From positions 128,001-192,000 of the forward strand of contig CAVVJT010000007.1 in assembly GCA_963748625.1 (NCBI GenBank): DNA of 64,000 nucleotides, read 5' to 3'. The DNA is from an uncultured Chloroflexia bacterium. Lineage in GTDB: Bacteria > Chloroflexota > Limnocylindria > Limnocylindrales > CSP1-4. Position 1 is the stretch's first letter. Each line of letters starts with the position of its first letter. The notes beneath the pieces are model-generated. The model did no database searches, was not told where the DNA came from, and worked only from the letters and a program-made list of their open reading frames with translations. The position numbers and the translations under genes were made by a program. This document shows, piece by piece, positions 11,095 to 20,062 of the stretch.

Positions 11095-11148
11095 CTCGTA
11101 CAGTGTTCGAGTGGCAGGTCCGCCACAGTACTCGTACACTGTTCGAGT
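11095..11148. promoter_or_regulatory. Two near-palindromic TetR-type operators between divergent glycosyltransferase and tetR
   Basis: ctcgtacagtgttcgag (11095-11111) and actcgtacactgttcgagt (11130-11148). Confidence 0.75.
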
Positions 11149-11177
11149 CGTCAAGCCCACCCACCGTGTCCGGTCCG

Positions 11178-11882
11178 ATGCCCCGCGAGACCCTCACCCG
11201 CGACCAGGTCGTTGCCGCTGCCATCGCCATCCTCGACGAGGAGGGCTTCGACGCGTTGTCGATGCGCCACCTGGCCGGGCGCCTGGGCACGGCGGCGCCA
11301 ACCCTGTACTGGCACGTGCGCAACCGTGACCAGCTGCTCGACCTCGTGGCCGACGAGATCGTCGGCGAGGTCGTCGTGGCCCTCGGGAACCCCAACGGCT
11401 GGCGGGCGTGGATGACGGGCCTCGCGGTGTCCCTGCGCGAGGTGCTGGCCCGACACCCGGGGGTGGGGCCGGTCATCGGGCTACGGCCGCTTACTGGCGC
11501 CAATGCCCAGATCGCCCAGGGGGGTCTCTTGCAGGCACTTCGCGAGGATGGCTTCGACGATGCCGACGCCGCCCTGGCCGCGATGACGCTGACGCAGTGG
11601 GCGTCCGGCTTCGCGGTGTTCGAGGCGCGCGATCGGCCTGGCCCAGCGGTGCCACCCGGACTGCCGGACCCGGACGCCCGTTTCGTGTATGGACTGACCG
11701 TGCTGCTCGACGGGATCGAGGTCGACATGCTGCGCCGGCGGGACGAGGACCAGCACGGCGGGGACGGGCAGGACAAGGACCGGCCAAAGGGCAAGCGCCT
11801 CCGCAAGGACGAGGATCGGCCAAAGGGCAAGCGCCTCCGCAAGGACGAGGACCGGCCAAAGGGCGATCACCGGCCGCGCTGA
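11178..11882 (+). CDS. TetR/AcrR family regulator with TetR_C domain and charged repeat tail
   Basis: LSMRHLAGRLGTAAPTLYWHVRNRDQLLD HTH; FVYGLTVLLDG C-terminal motif; 36-bp tandem repeat encoding KDEDRPKGKRLR. Confidence 0.9.
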   Translation: MPRETLTRDQVVAAAIAILDEEGFDALSMRHLAGRLGTAAPTLYWHVRNRDQLLDLVADEIVGEVVVALGNPNGWRAWMTGLAVSLREVLARHPGVGPVIGLRPLTGANAQIAQGGLLQALREDGFDDADAALAAMTLTQWASGFAVFEARDRPGPAVPPGLPDPDARFVYGLTVLLDGIEVDMLRRRDEDQHGGDGQDKDRPKGKRLRKDEDRPKGKRLRKDEDRPKGDHRPR

Positions 11883-11907
11883 CCGGACCGGCGATACCCT
11901 TGGGCCG

Positions 11908-12630
11908 ATGAGCGCCGACAACCTGCCCCGCCACCTGCCCTACGAGGGCACCCGCAATGTCCGTGACACAGGCGGTTATCCCGCCGGCGATGGCCGCATC
12001 ACCCGCTGGCGCACCCTCCTCCGCTCCGATGAGCTGACCCGTATCCCGGCCGACGTGGCCGATGAGCTGGTCGGCCTGGGCCTGCGGCGGGTGATCGACC
12101 TGCGCTGGCCGGAGGAGCTGGAGCTGAGCCCCAACGTCTTCGCGGACTCCGAGCGGATCCGCTACTCCAGCATCCCGCTGCTGGCCGACGACCCGACCCC
12201 GCACGCGGGCCTGGCCGGGATGTACCGGCACGTGCTCGACGCCCGCGGGACACAGCTGGCGGAGGTGGTCCGCGCCCTGCTCGACGAGGATGGCCTGCCG
12301 GCCGTGATCGGCTGCGCTGCGGGCAAGGACCGCACGGGGGTCACGATCGCGCTGCTCCTCGACCTGTGCGGCGTGCCGCGCGATGTGATCGTGGAGGACT
12401 ACGCGCTCTCGGCGCAGTACTTCGCGTCACCTCGCGCCCACATCGAACCCGATGACTGGCGCTCCCGCAGCCTTGTGGTGGACAGCCCGCCGGAGTTCAT
12501 GCAGAGCGCGCTCGCCCACTTGGACAACCGTCACGGAGGCGCCCGCGAGCTGCTCCGCCGCCACGGCGTGACCGATGCGGAGATGGACCGCCTCGTGGAC
12601 CTGCTCACGGAGCCCGCGCCGGGCGCCTGA
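11908..12630 (+). CDS. Protein-tyrosine phosphatase (Y_phosphatase3/IphP-like)
   Basis: NVRDTGG, VIDLR, CAAGKDRTG P-loop, EDYALS. Confidence 0.9.
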   Translation: MSADNLPRHLPYEGTRNVRDTGGYPAGDGRITRWRTLLRSDELTRIPADVADELVGLGLRRVIDLRWPEELELSPNVFADSERIRYSSIPLLADDPTPHAGLAGMYRHVLDARGTQLAEVVRALLDEDGLPAVIGCAAGKDRTGVTIALLLDLCGVPRDVIVEDYALSAQYFASPRAHIEPDDWRSRSLVVDSPPEFMQSALAHLDNRHGGARELLRRHGVTDAEMDRLVDLLTEPAPGA

Positions 12631-12651
12631 GGGCAGGAATGCTATCCGCCC

Positions 12652-12772
12652 CTGGCATGCAGGGGTCATGCACCGGACCCCGGGTTCACGGTCCGAGCCC
12701 TGCACGGACTCCCCGGATTCCATTCCTCCACGGATAGTTCCGCCAAACCATCCTTGTGCGGATGAGGTCCGC
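12652..12772 (+). repeat. Dispersed REP/BIME-like intergenic element, copy A
   Basis: gtccgagccctgcacggactccccggattcca is identical at 12691-12722 and 33090-33121; right arm matches the reverse complement of 31773-31833. Confidence 0.85.
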
Positions 12773-12939
12773 TGACGGCCCGCGCCCAGGGCAGGAGCGT
12801 CGTTCGCGCCCATCGGCTCGGCAGGATGGGGCCGTCCGCCGCTCGCGCGTGTGCGCGTGACCGCACACGATCGCCGTACCGGGCGCACGATCGCCGTACC
12901 GGCGCACGCCGGCACTCCGCCCGCGCGAGGGTCACCACG

Positions 12940-15393
12940 ATGATCGCTCCGCTTGCCGCCGACCGGCTCACCCGCCGCTGCGACCGCTCTGCCTTCCCTT
13001 TCACCACGACCGCCGACCTGCCCGAGCTCGACGGCATGGTTGGCCAGGACCGTGCCGTGGAGGCTGTCGCGTTCGGCATGGCCATCCGCCAGCCGGGCTA
13101 CAACCTCTACGCGATGGGACCCGAGGGCATCGGCAAGATGACGCTGGTCCGGAGCGTGCTCGCGAGCCGCGCCGCTGCCGAGCCCGTGCCGCCGGACTGG
13201 TGCTACGTCCACGACTTCGCCGACCCGCGCCGGCCGCGTGCCATCCGCCTGCCCGCCGGCGAGGGCCGGCGCTTCCGCGACCGCATGGTCCGGCTGGAAC
13301 GCGAGCTTCGTGCCGCCATCCCGGCGGCCTTCGAGTCGGACGAGTACCGGAACCAGCGCGAGGCCATCGAAGGGGGCCTCAAGAAGCGCCGTGATGACGC
13401 CATCGAGGCCTTCGAGACCCTGGCGTCGCAAGCAGGACTCGCCGTCCTCCGCACGCCCATCGGCATCGGCCTGGCGCCATACAAGGACGGCAAGGTCCTC
13501 GAGCGCGATGTCGTCGAGAAGCTGCCCGAAGAGGAGAAGGGCCGTCTGCTGGAAGCCTCGGAACGACTCGAGGCGCAGCTGGGCGAGATGGTGAACCGGT
13601 CGTTCCCCGCCTGGGAACGCGAGGCGCGCGCCGCCGTCCGCAAGCTCGGCGAGGACGTGACGAGGCGTGCCGCCGGGCACCTGCTCGAGGAGATCCGTGC
13701 AGGGCACGCGGAGCATCCTGCCGTGATCGCGCACCTGGCGGCGCTCGAGCTGGACGTGATCGCCAACGCCGAGGAGTTCCTCGCGGCAGCCTCGCCCAAG
13801 GAGCTGCCGGCGATGCTCGCGGCCCGCCTCGAGGACGGCGCACTGTTCCGCCGGTACGGGGTCAACCTGCTCGTGGATCACGCCGACGCGACCGGCGCGC
13901 CGGTCGTCTTCGAGGACCTGCCCACCATGGCCAACCTGCTTGGCCGGGTGGAGCACACGACCTCGATGGGTGCCCTGGTCACGGACTTCACGCTCATCCG
14001 GGGCGGCGCCCTCCACCGGGCGAACGGTGGCTATCTCGTGCTCGATGCAAGACGTGTCCTGACCCAGCCCTTTGCCTGGGAGGAGCTCAAGCGGGCGTTG
14101 CGCGCGGGCGAGCTGCGGATCGAGTCGCTCGGTGATCGACTGGGGCTCGCGACGGTCTCCCTCGAGCCCGAGCCGGTGCCCCTCGACACCAAGATCGTGC
14201 TGGTCGGCGACCGGCAGGTGTACTACCTGCTGGCCGAGCTGGACGCGGACTTCCTCGAGCTCTTCAAGGTCCAGGTGGACTTCGAGGAGGAGGTGGAGCG
14301 CACGCCGGAGACCGAGGCGGCGTACGCACGTCTTGCCGGCACCATCGCACGCCGGGGCGGGCTGCGGCCGCTCGACCCGGAGGCCACCTGTGCCGTGATC
14401 GAGCGGGCGGCCCGCATCGCGGGCGACGCGGAACGGCTGTCCACCCACATGCGGCGGATCACGGACCTGCTGCGCGAAGCCGACGACCACGCGGACAAGG
14501 CGGGACGTGACGTTGTGGCCGCCGCCGACATCTCCGCCGCGGTGGACGCCGGGTGGCGGCGGTCGGGGCGGATCCATGAGCGCTCATTGGCTGAGATCGC
14601 CCGGGGCACCGTGCTCATCCCCACCACCGGTGATGCCGTGGGCACGGTGAACGGGCTCTCGGTGATCAACCTGGGCGAGGTCATGTTCGGGCGGCCGTCG
14701 CGGATCACCGTGTCGGTGCGCCTGGGCGACGGCGACGTGGTGGACATCGAGCGCGAGGTCAGCCTCGGTGGACCGCTCCACAGCAAGGGGGTGCTGATCC
14801 TGGGCGGGTTCCTGGGCGCCCGCTTCGGGCGGACGCGCCCGCTGTCCCTGCACGCGAGCCTGACGTTCGAGCAGAGCTACGGCGGCGTGGAGGGCGACTC
14901 GGCTTCGCTGGCGGAGCTGTGCGCGCTGCTGTCGGCGATCGGTGGCATTCCGCTCAACCAGGGCCTGGCGATGACCGGCTCGCTGAGCCAGCGCGGCGAC
15001 GTGCAGCCGATTGGCGGGGTGAATGAGAAGATCGAAGGCTTCTTCGACGTCTGCTCCGCTCGCGGGCTCGACGGGACGCAGGGCGTGATCGTGCCCGCGC
15101 TCAACATGCCCAACCTGATGCTGCGCGACGACGTCGTGGAGGCGTGCGCCGGCGGGCGCTTCGCGGTCTACGCCGTGCGCACCGTGGACGAGGCGATGGA
15201 GGTGCTCTCGGGGTTCCCGGCCGGGGAGGCGGACCTCGACGGTACATGGCCGGAAGGATCCGTCAACGGGCTGGTGGCTGCGGGCCTCGACACCCTCGCC
15301 GCCCAGACGCTCGCGTACATGGCGATCGCCGGGGGCAACGCGGCGGACGGGGGAAGGAACCGGCGTCGGCGCAGGAAGGCTCGCGCGACGTAG
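12940..15393 (+). CDS. Lon-like protease, LonC-type (AAA-like plus S16 protease domain)
   Basis: GQDRAVEA, GPEGIGKMT, GGALHRANGGYLVLDA, EGDSASL and GGVNEKIEG Ser-Lys dyad. Confidence 0.9.
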   Translation: MIAPLAADRLTRRCDRSAFPFTTTADLPELDGMVGQDRAVEAVAFGMAIRQPGYNLYAMGPEGIGKMTLVRSVLASRAAAEPVPPDWCYVHDFADPRRPRAIRLPAGEGRRFRDRMVRLERELRAAIPAAFESDEYRNQREAIEGGLKKRRDDAIEAFETLASQAGLAVLRTPIGIGLAPYKDGKVLERDVVEKLPEEEKGRLLEASERLEAQLGEMVNRSFPAWEREARAAVRKLGEDVTRRAAGHLLEEIRAGHAEHPAVIAHLAALELDVIANAEEFLAAASPKELPAMLAARLEDGALFRRYGVNLLVDHADATGAPVVFEDLPTMANLLGRVEHTTSMGALVTDFTLIRGGALHRANGGYLVLDARRVLTQPFAWEELKRALRAGELRIESLGDRLGLATVSLEPEPVPLDTKIVLVGDRQVYYLLAELDADFLELFKVQVDFEEEVERTPETEAAYARLAGTIARRGGLRPLDPEATCAVIERAARIAGDAERLSTHMRRITDLLREADDHADKAGRDVVAAADISAAVDAGWRRSGRIHERSLAEIARGTVLIPTTGDAVGTVNGLSVINLGEVMFGRPSRITVSVRLGDGDVVDIEREVSLGGPLHSKGVLILGGFLGARFGRTRPLSLHASLTFEQSYGGVEGDSASLAELCALLSAIGGIPLNQGLAMTGSLSQRGDVQPIGGVNEKIEGFFDVCSARGLDGTQGVIVPALNMPNLMLRDDVVEACAGGRFAVYAVRTVDEAMEVLSGFPAGEADLDGTWPEGSVNGLVAAGLDTLAAQTLAYMAIAGGNAADGGRNRRRRRKARAT

Positions 15394-15402
15394 CATGCGC
15401 GC

Positions 15403-15843
15403 ATGGGCAGAACCTCCGCCGCCATCGATCTCCCCTACCCCGTCGCGACCGTGTTCCGGGTGGCGACCCGCGTACCCGACCTGCCACGCTGGCTGCCCGA
15501 GGTGGTCGAGGCGGAGCTGCTTGATGCGGAGCTCGTGACCGGCAGCGGAGTGCGGCTGCGGCTTGGCCCCGCCGCCGGTGGCGCGGTCATCACGGGCACC
15601 GTGGCGGAGTTGCGCGCGCCCGAGTCGATCACGATCACGGGTTCCGGAGGGCCGGTCGGGGTGGAGGTGCGGGTCCGCCTGGTCGCCACAACGCAGGCGT
15701 CCACGCGCGTGGACCTCACGCTGGAGCTCAAGACGCCGGCGTTCCTCGGCTTCATTGCCAAGGAGGCGGAGCGGCGCATCGCGGCCGAGTTGCCGGGCTC
15801 GCTCGAGCGGTTCCGTGCCCTGGTGGACGCCGAACCCGCCTGA
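15403..15843 (+). CDS. SRPBCC/CoxG-like protein
   Basis: PVATVFRVATRVPDLPRWLPEV...LERFRALVD pattern. Confidence 0.7.
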   Translation: MGRTSAAIDLPYPVATVFRVATRVPDLPRWLPEVVEAELLDAELVTGSGVRLRLGPAAGGAVITGTVAELRAPESITITGSGGPVGVEVRVRLVATTQASTRVDLTLELKTPAFLGFIAKEAERRIAAELPGSLERFRALVDAEPA

Positions 15844-15892
15844 TCCTCCGCATGGCACGGGCGGCGGCGGCCCGCCTGCCCGGCGCCGTGGA

Positions 15893-16273
15893 TCAGCCCG
15901 GGTAGCCCTCCACGGACACCTCGATCAGCGGGCTGTGCAGGACCATCTCGTCCAGGTCGGTCCGGTTCCAGTTCCGGGCAACCTCCTGGAGCAGCATCCG
16001 CCGCTCCAGCGGATCGGTGACGATCCGCGCGGTCGCCGGCACGTCGGCCTGGGCCAGGGCTCCCTTGAGGTGCAACGTCAGGCTGGGATCGGCCTCGAGG
16101 TTGTGCATCCAGGCGCGGGTCTTGCCCGGGCTCGGCATGCCGCTGATCACGAGGCGGCCGCCGATGTTGTGCATGTAGATCTCGATACGCCGCTGCTCGC
16201 CGGACCGACGGCCCGTGGTGGTGATGTCGAGGACCTGGTTCTGGTCGAGGGCATGACGGACCTGGTCGTCCAT
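15893..16273 (-). CDS. Deazaflavin (F420)-dependent nitroreductase-like protein
   Basis: DITTTGRRSGEQRRIEI, AWMHNLEADP motifs. Confidence 0.8.
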   Translation of the reverse strand: MDDQVRHALDQNQVLDITTTGRRSGEQRRIEIYMHNIGGRLVISGMPSPGKTRAWMHNLEADPSLTLHLKGALAQADVPATARIVTDPLERRMLLQEVARNWNRTDLDEMVLHSPLIEVSVEGYPG

Positions 16274-16385
16274 GGCGTGCTCCGGGGAAGGCCGGACATT
16301 CCGGGCAAGGATAGTTGACACCTCAACGATACGCCTGACTGCCGCGGGCCACAACCCACACCGGCCGGGCCTACACTCGATGCTG

Positions 16386-17162
16386 ATGCTCCGCATGGTC
16401 ACGGCCACCCGCTACGTCACGCCCCTGCGCGAGGGCGGCTCCGTCCCAGCGCTCGTCGAGGCGGACGACGACGGCCTCTATGTCGTCAAGCTGCTCGGCG
16501 CAGGCCACGGCCGCAAGGCGCTGATCGCCGAGGTCCTCGCCGGCCTGCTCGGCCACCGGCTCGGGCTCCCGGTCCCGGACCTCGTCCTCGTCCATCTCGA
16601 TGCCGCGCTTGCCAAGGCCGAGCCCGACCCGGAGCTCCACGACCTGCTCGAGCGGTCTGCCGGTCTGAACATGGGCCTGGACTTCCTGCCCGGGGCGCTG
16701 CCGTTCGTGTCCGCCGTCGGACCGGAGCCCGACCCCGAGCTCGCCGCGGACACCGTCTGGTTCGATGCGTTCACCACCAACGTGGACCGCACGCCGCGGA
16801 ACCCCAACCTGCTCACCTGGCACCGGCGCCTGCACCTCATCGACCATGGATCGGCGCTGTACATCCACCACAGCTGGAAGGACCCCGACGCGCACGCGCG
16901 CCGGCCTTTCACCCAGGTCCGCGATCACGTCCTGCTGCCGTTCGCGGGGTCAATCGAGGAGGCCGACCGCCGCCTCGCGCCGCGCGTGACGCCGGGCGTG
17001 ATCGAGGAGCTCATCGCGAGCCTGCCGGACGACTGGCTGCAGCCCGAGCCGGGCCTCCCGGACGCCGAAGCCCACCGGCGCGCCTACGCCCGCTACCTGG
17101 AGACGCGCCTCGCCGCGCCCCGGGCCTTCGTCGAGGAGGCGGAACGTGCCCGAACCGCGTGA
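16386..17162 (+). CDS. HipA-like (HipA_2) kinase
   Basis: TRYVTPLREGGSVP, YVVKL, NVDRTPRNPNLL catalytic loop, LIDHG. Confidence 0.85.
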   Translation: MLRMVTATRYVTPLREGGSVPALVEADDDGLYVVKLLGAGHGRKALIAEVLAGLLGHRLGLPVPDLVLVHLDAALAKAEPDPELHDLLERSAGLNMGLDFLPGALPFVSAVGPEPDPELAADTVWFDAFTTNVDRTPRNPNLLTWHRRLHLIDHGSALYIHHSWKDPDAHARRPFTQVRDHVLLPFAGSIEEADRRLAPRVTPGVIEELIASLPDDWLQPEPGLPDAEAHRRAYARYLETRLAAPRAFVEEAERARTA

Positions 17163-17550
17163 GATGGCGGGCCGCAGCCCGTTCGAGTACGCCATCGTCC
17201 GCGTGATCCCCCGCGTGGAGCGCGGCGAGGGCTTCAACGCCGGCATCGTCCTGATGTGCCGCCCGAGGCGCTACCTCGGCGCCCGGACGTATCTCGACGA
17301 GCGCCTGCTGGTGGCGATGCGTCCCGACTGCGACCCGGAGATCGTGCGCGCCCACCTGGGCGTGATCGACGCGATCGCGCGCGGGGACGCCGACGCCGGG
17401 CCGATCGGCAAGCTGTCCATGCCGGAGCGGTTCCACTGGCTGGTATCGCCCTCGTCCACGATCATCGCCACGTCGCCCGTCCACACCGGGCTCACCGCCG
17501 ACCCTGGCGCAACGCTCGACCACCTGTTCCGCACGCTCGTGGAGCGCTAG
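17146..17550 (+). CDS. DUF3037 domain protein
   Basis: FEYAIVRVIPRVERGEGFNAG, ERFHWLVSPSSTIIATSPVHTG; overlaps the kinase 3' end. Confidence 0.85.
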   Translation: MPEPREMAGRSPFEYAIVRVIPRVERGEGFNAGIVLMCRPRRYLGARTYLDERLLVAMRPDCDPEIVRAHLGVIDAIARGDADAGPIGKLSMPERFHWLVSPSSTIIATSPVHTGLTADPGATLDHLFRTLVER

Positions 17551-17552
17551 GC

Positions 17553-19133
17553 GTGTCCCTCGCCCGAGTGGCCGTCGCCGTACTCGTCCTGCTGCTCGTG
17601 GCAGCCTGCGGGGACGGTCCGCCCTCGGCCACACCCGCCGCCCCCGGTGCGCCGCCCATCGCGACCTTCACACCGCCCGAGGAGCTGCCGCTCCCCGACG
17701 AGGACGCGACGCTCGAGCAGATCCTGCTCCGCAACACGGACGGGCGCTTCGACCGGTACGGCTCCATCGGCCAGCTCCAGGGCGCGTCCTCGATCTGCAC
17801 CGCGGTCCTGCTGGACGCGGGCGCCGGCGACAGCGCGCCTGCCTACGCCCTGACCAACGGCCACTGCGTGGGCGTCTTCGGAGCCAACGAGACCCTCGTG
17901 GACGCTCCGGCGGAGGGCATCGCAGTGGCCTTCAACTGGTTCGTGGACGTGGCGGAGCACCGGGTGGTCCCGGTCACCCGGATCGCCTGGGCGACCATGC
18001 GCGACACGGATCTCGCGCTGCTGGAGCTCGGAGCGACGGTGGGCGACCTGGGCGCACTGGGCCTGCGCGGCTGGCATCCCGAGAACGTCCCGTCGGTCGG
18101 CGGGAGCCGCGATGTGGTGATGGTGGGGATCCCGGTCGGCCTGCCGCTGGTGGACATCCCGGAGGCCGAGCGGTACCTGCGCCTGGGCATCTGCAGCCTG
18201 GACACGGAGCCCGTCCGCGTGAACGAGCGCCAGTGGCTGTGGACGAGCACCCTGCGCAATGACTGCCCGCAGGTGCTGCCCGGCAACTCCGGCTCGGCGG
18301 TCCTCGATGCGGGCACCGGCCGCCTGGTCGGCCTGGTCAACACCACCACCTACCTGGGCGAGAACGGTGCCGAGTGCTGGCTGGGCCGGCCATGTGAGAG
18401 CAGCGAGGATGGCGAGGTGACCCTCCCGGACACCTCGTACGCCCAGCCGGTTGGTGGCATCGAGCGCTGTTTCGTGGCCGACGGGGTGTTTGCGCTCGGC
18501 GGCGAGTGCCCGCTGCAGCCAGGCGGGGACGCCACGATCGACGGAGCTCCGCTGGCCGTGAACCCCACGCTTGAGCCGGTCCTGCCTGACCTGCCTCCGT
18601 CCCAGGCCACATGGGCGACCACGATCGGCGGCGAGGGCGTGACCCACTTCCGCTGGAAGACGGGGCCGTTGGGCACGCTCGACTGCGCCGCAGACGAGGG
18701 CTACTCGGCGCCGCAGCCGGTGGCGACAATGATCGACGACGCTCTGCCGACCACCGAGCAGCGCCTGCTGCTGTGCGTGGTCGGCGGCCCGTCGGCCACC
18801 CCGGACGCCGGCTGGCAGGCACCCGCGAACGCCTCGATCGCGGTCACCTACATCGACACGACACCCCCGCTCGCCCCCGTGCGCTTCCACGTGATCGGCG
18901 ACGCGACGTCGGGCTGGCGCATCGAGCCGGTGTTCAACCCGCCCGAGCTCTCCAACTACTTCATCAAGGGCGGCCCGGCCAGGGCCACGGACTGCGGCGA
19001 CACCGACGGCTACAGGCCCTACCGGCGCATCCCGACCGACGTGGCCGCGGAGGACGCTCCGTACCGCTTCTGCGCCATCGGCACCGACGACGCGGGCAAC
19101 GCGGCGCCGCCCGCCTCGAAGGTGCTCAAGTAG
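17553..19133 (+). CDS. Lipoprotein trypsin-like serine protease
   Basis: Lipobox LVAAC; triad motifs TNGHC, DTDLALL, PGNSGS. Confidence 0.75.
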   Translation: MSLARVAVAVLVLLLVAACGDGPPSATPAAPGAPPIATFTPPEELPLPDEDATLEQILLRNTDGRFDRYGSIGQLQGASSICTAVLLDAGAGDSAPAYALTNGHCVGVFGANETLVDAPAEGIAVAFNWFVDVAEHRVVPVTRIAWATMRDTDLALLELGATVGDLGALGLRGWHPENVPSVGGSRDVVMVGIPVGLPLVDIPEAERYLRLGICSLDTEPVRVNERQWLWTSTLRNDCPQVLPGNSGSAVLDAGTGRLVGLVNTTTYLGENGAECWLGRPCESSEDGEVTLPDTSYAQPVGGIERCFVADGVFALGGECPLQPGGDATIDGAPLAVNPTLEPVLPDLPPSQATWATTIGGEGVTHFRWKTGPLGTLDCAADEGYSAPQPVATMIDDALPTTEQRLLLCVVGGPSATPDAGWQAPANASIAVTYIDTTPPLAPVRFHVIGDATSGWRIEPVFNPPELSNYFIKGGPARATDCGDTDGYRPYRRIPTDVAAEDAPYRFCAIGTDDAGNAAPPASKVLK

Positions 19134-19146
19134 GCGAGGTCAGCGG

Positions 19147-19425
19147 TCAGGCCGCGTCGGCCCGCCGGAAGTGCAGCGCCACGCCGATGGTCAGCAGCAT
19201 GAAGGTGAGCGAGGCGACGTTCGAGATCATCATCGGCGGGTTCCAGATCGAGATCCCGTAGGCCAGCCACAGGACGAACCCGGCCGACAGCAGCGCCGGG
19301 TAGCCCAGCGAGAAGTCCCGGCTGGAGCGGGTGTGGAGCATGCGCCGGATCTGGAGCGCGGGTGCCACGGCCATCAGCAGGCCCGCGATCAGTGCTGCCA
19401 CGCCGAGCATGTCGGGGACCGTCAC
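19147..19425 (-). CDS. SemiSWEET/PQ-loop family transporter
   Basis: 92 aa, three TM helices, TRSSRDFS and LWLAYG motifs. Confidence 0.75.
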   Translation of the reverse strand: MTVPDMLGVAALIAGLLMAVAPALQIRRMLHTRSSRDFSLGYPALLSAGFVLWLAYGISIWNPPMMISNVASLTFMLLTIGVALHFRRADAA

Positions 19426-20003
19426 GCGCGCTTCCCCTGGGCCCGCAGCTCCGCCTTCATCGCCCGCTTGCCCGCCTGGTACTCGGCGAGCGCCTCAGGC
19501 GAGTCCACGTCGCCCAGCGTGGGATGGTCGGGTACCAGCGCCTCCCAGCCCGCAGGCCGGACACCCAGCTGCTTGCCAAGCAGGCTCACGATCGTGCCCG
19601 CCTTCATCTCACCGATGCCCGGCAGCGCGATGAGGCGCGCGTGGAGGTCCCGCGCATCGGCGGCGCCGGTCCAGATGCCCGATGCATCGCCGCCGTAGGT
19701 CGTGGCGACCACGGCGCACAGGTCGCGCACCCGCTTCGCCATGCTGCCCGGGAAGCGATGGAGCGCGGGTGGCGTGCGGAAGGCGGTGTCGAGCGCCTCG
19801 GGATCCATCGCGGCGATCGCGGCGGCGTCGAGGCCGCCGATCCGACGGCGCAGCTCATGCGGCCCGGCGAAGGCCTTCTGGACGGTCACCTGCTGGTCGA
19901 GCGCGAAGCCGATGAGCAGCGCGAGCGGGTCGGTGACGAGCAGTCGGTCGGCCTCGTCGATGCCGGTGAAGGGGAGGCGGGAGGGTCGGTTGGGCACGCT
20001 CAT
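19422..20003 (-). CDS. HhH-GPD-type base excision repair family protein
   Basis: LLIGFALDQQV, PALHRFPGSMAKR, ALPGIGEMKA HhH. Confidence 0.85.
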   Translation of the reverse strand: MSVPNRPSRLPFTGIDEADRLLVTDPLALLIGFALDQQVTVQKAFAGPHELRRRIGGLDAAAIAAMDPEALDTAFRTPPALHRFPGSMAKRVRDLCAVVATTYGGDASGIWTGAADARDLHARLIALPGIGEMKAGTIVSLLGKQLGVRPAGWEALVPDHPTLGDVDSPEALAEYQAGKRAMKAELRAQGKRA

Positions 20004-20062
20004 CCGCCCATCGTACGCGCCCGGGGCCTCCAGCCCGGATCACCGCCGACTACGATCGCCCC

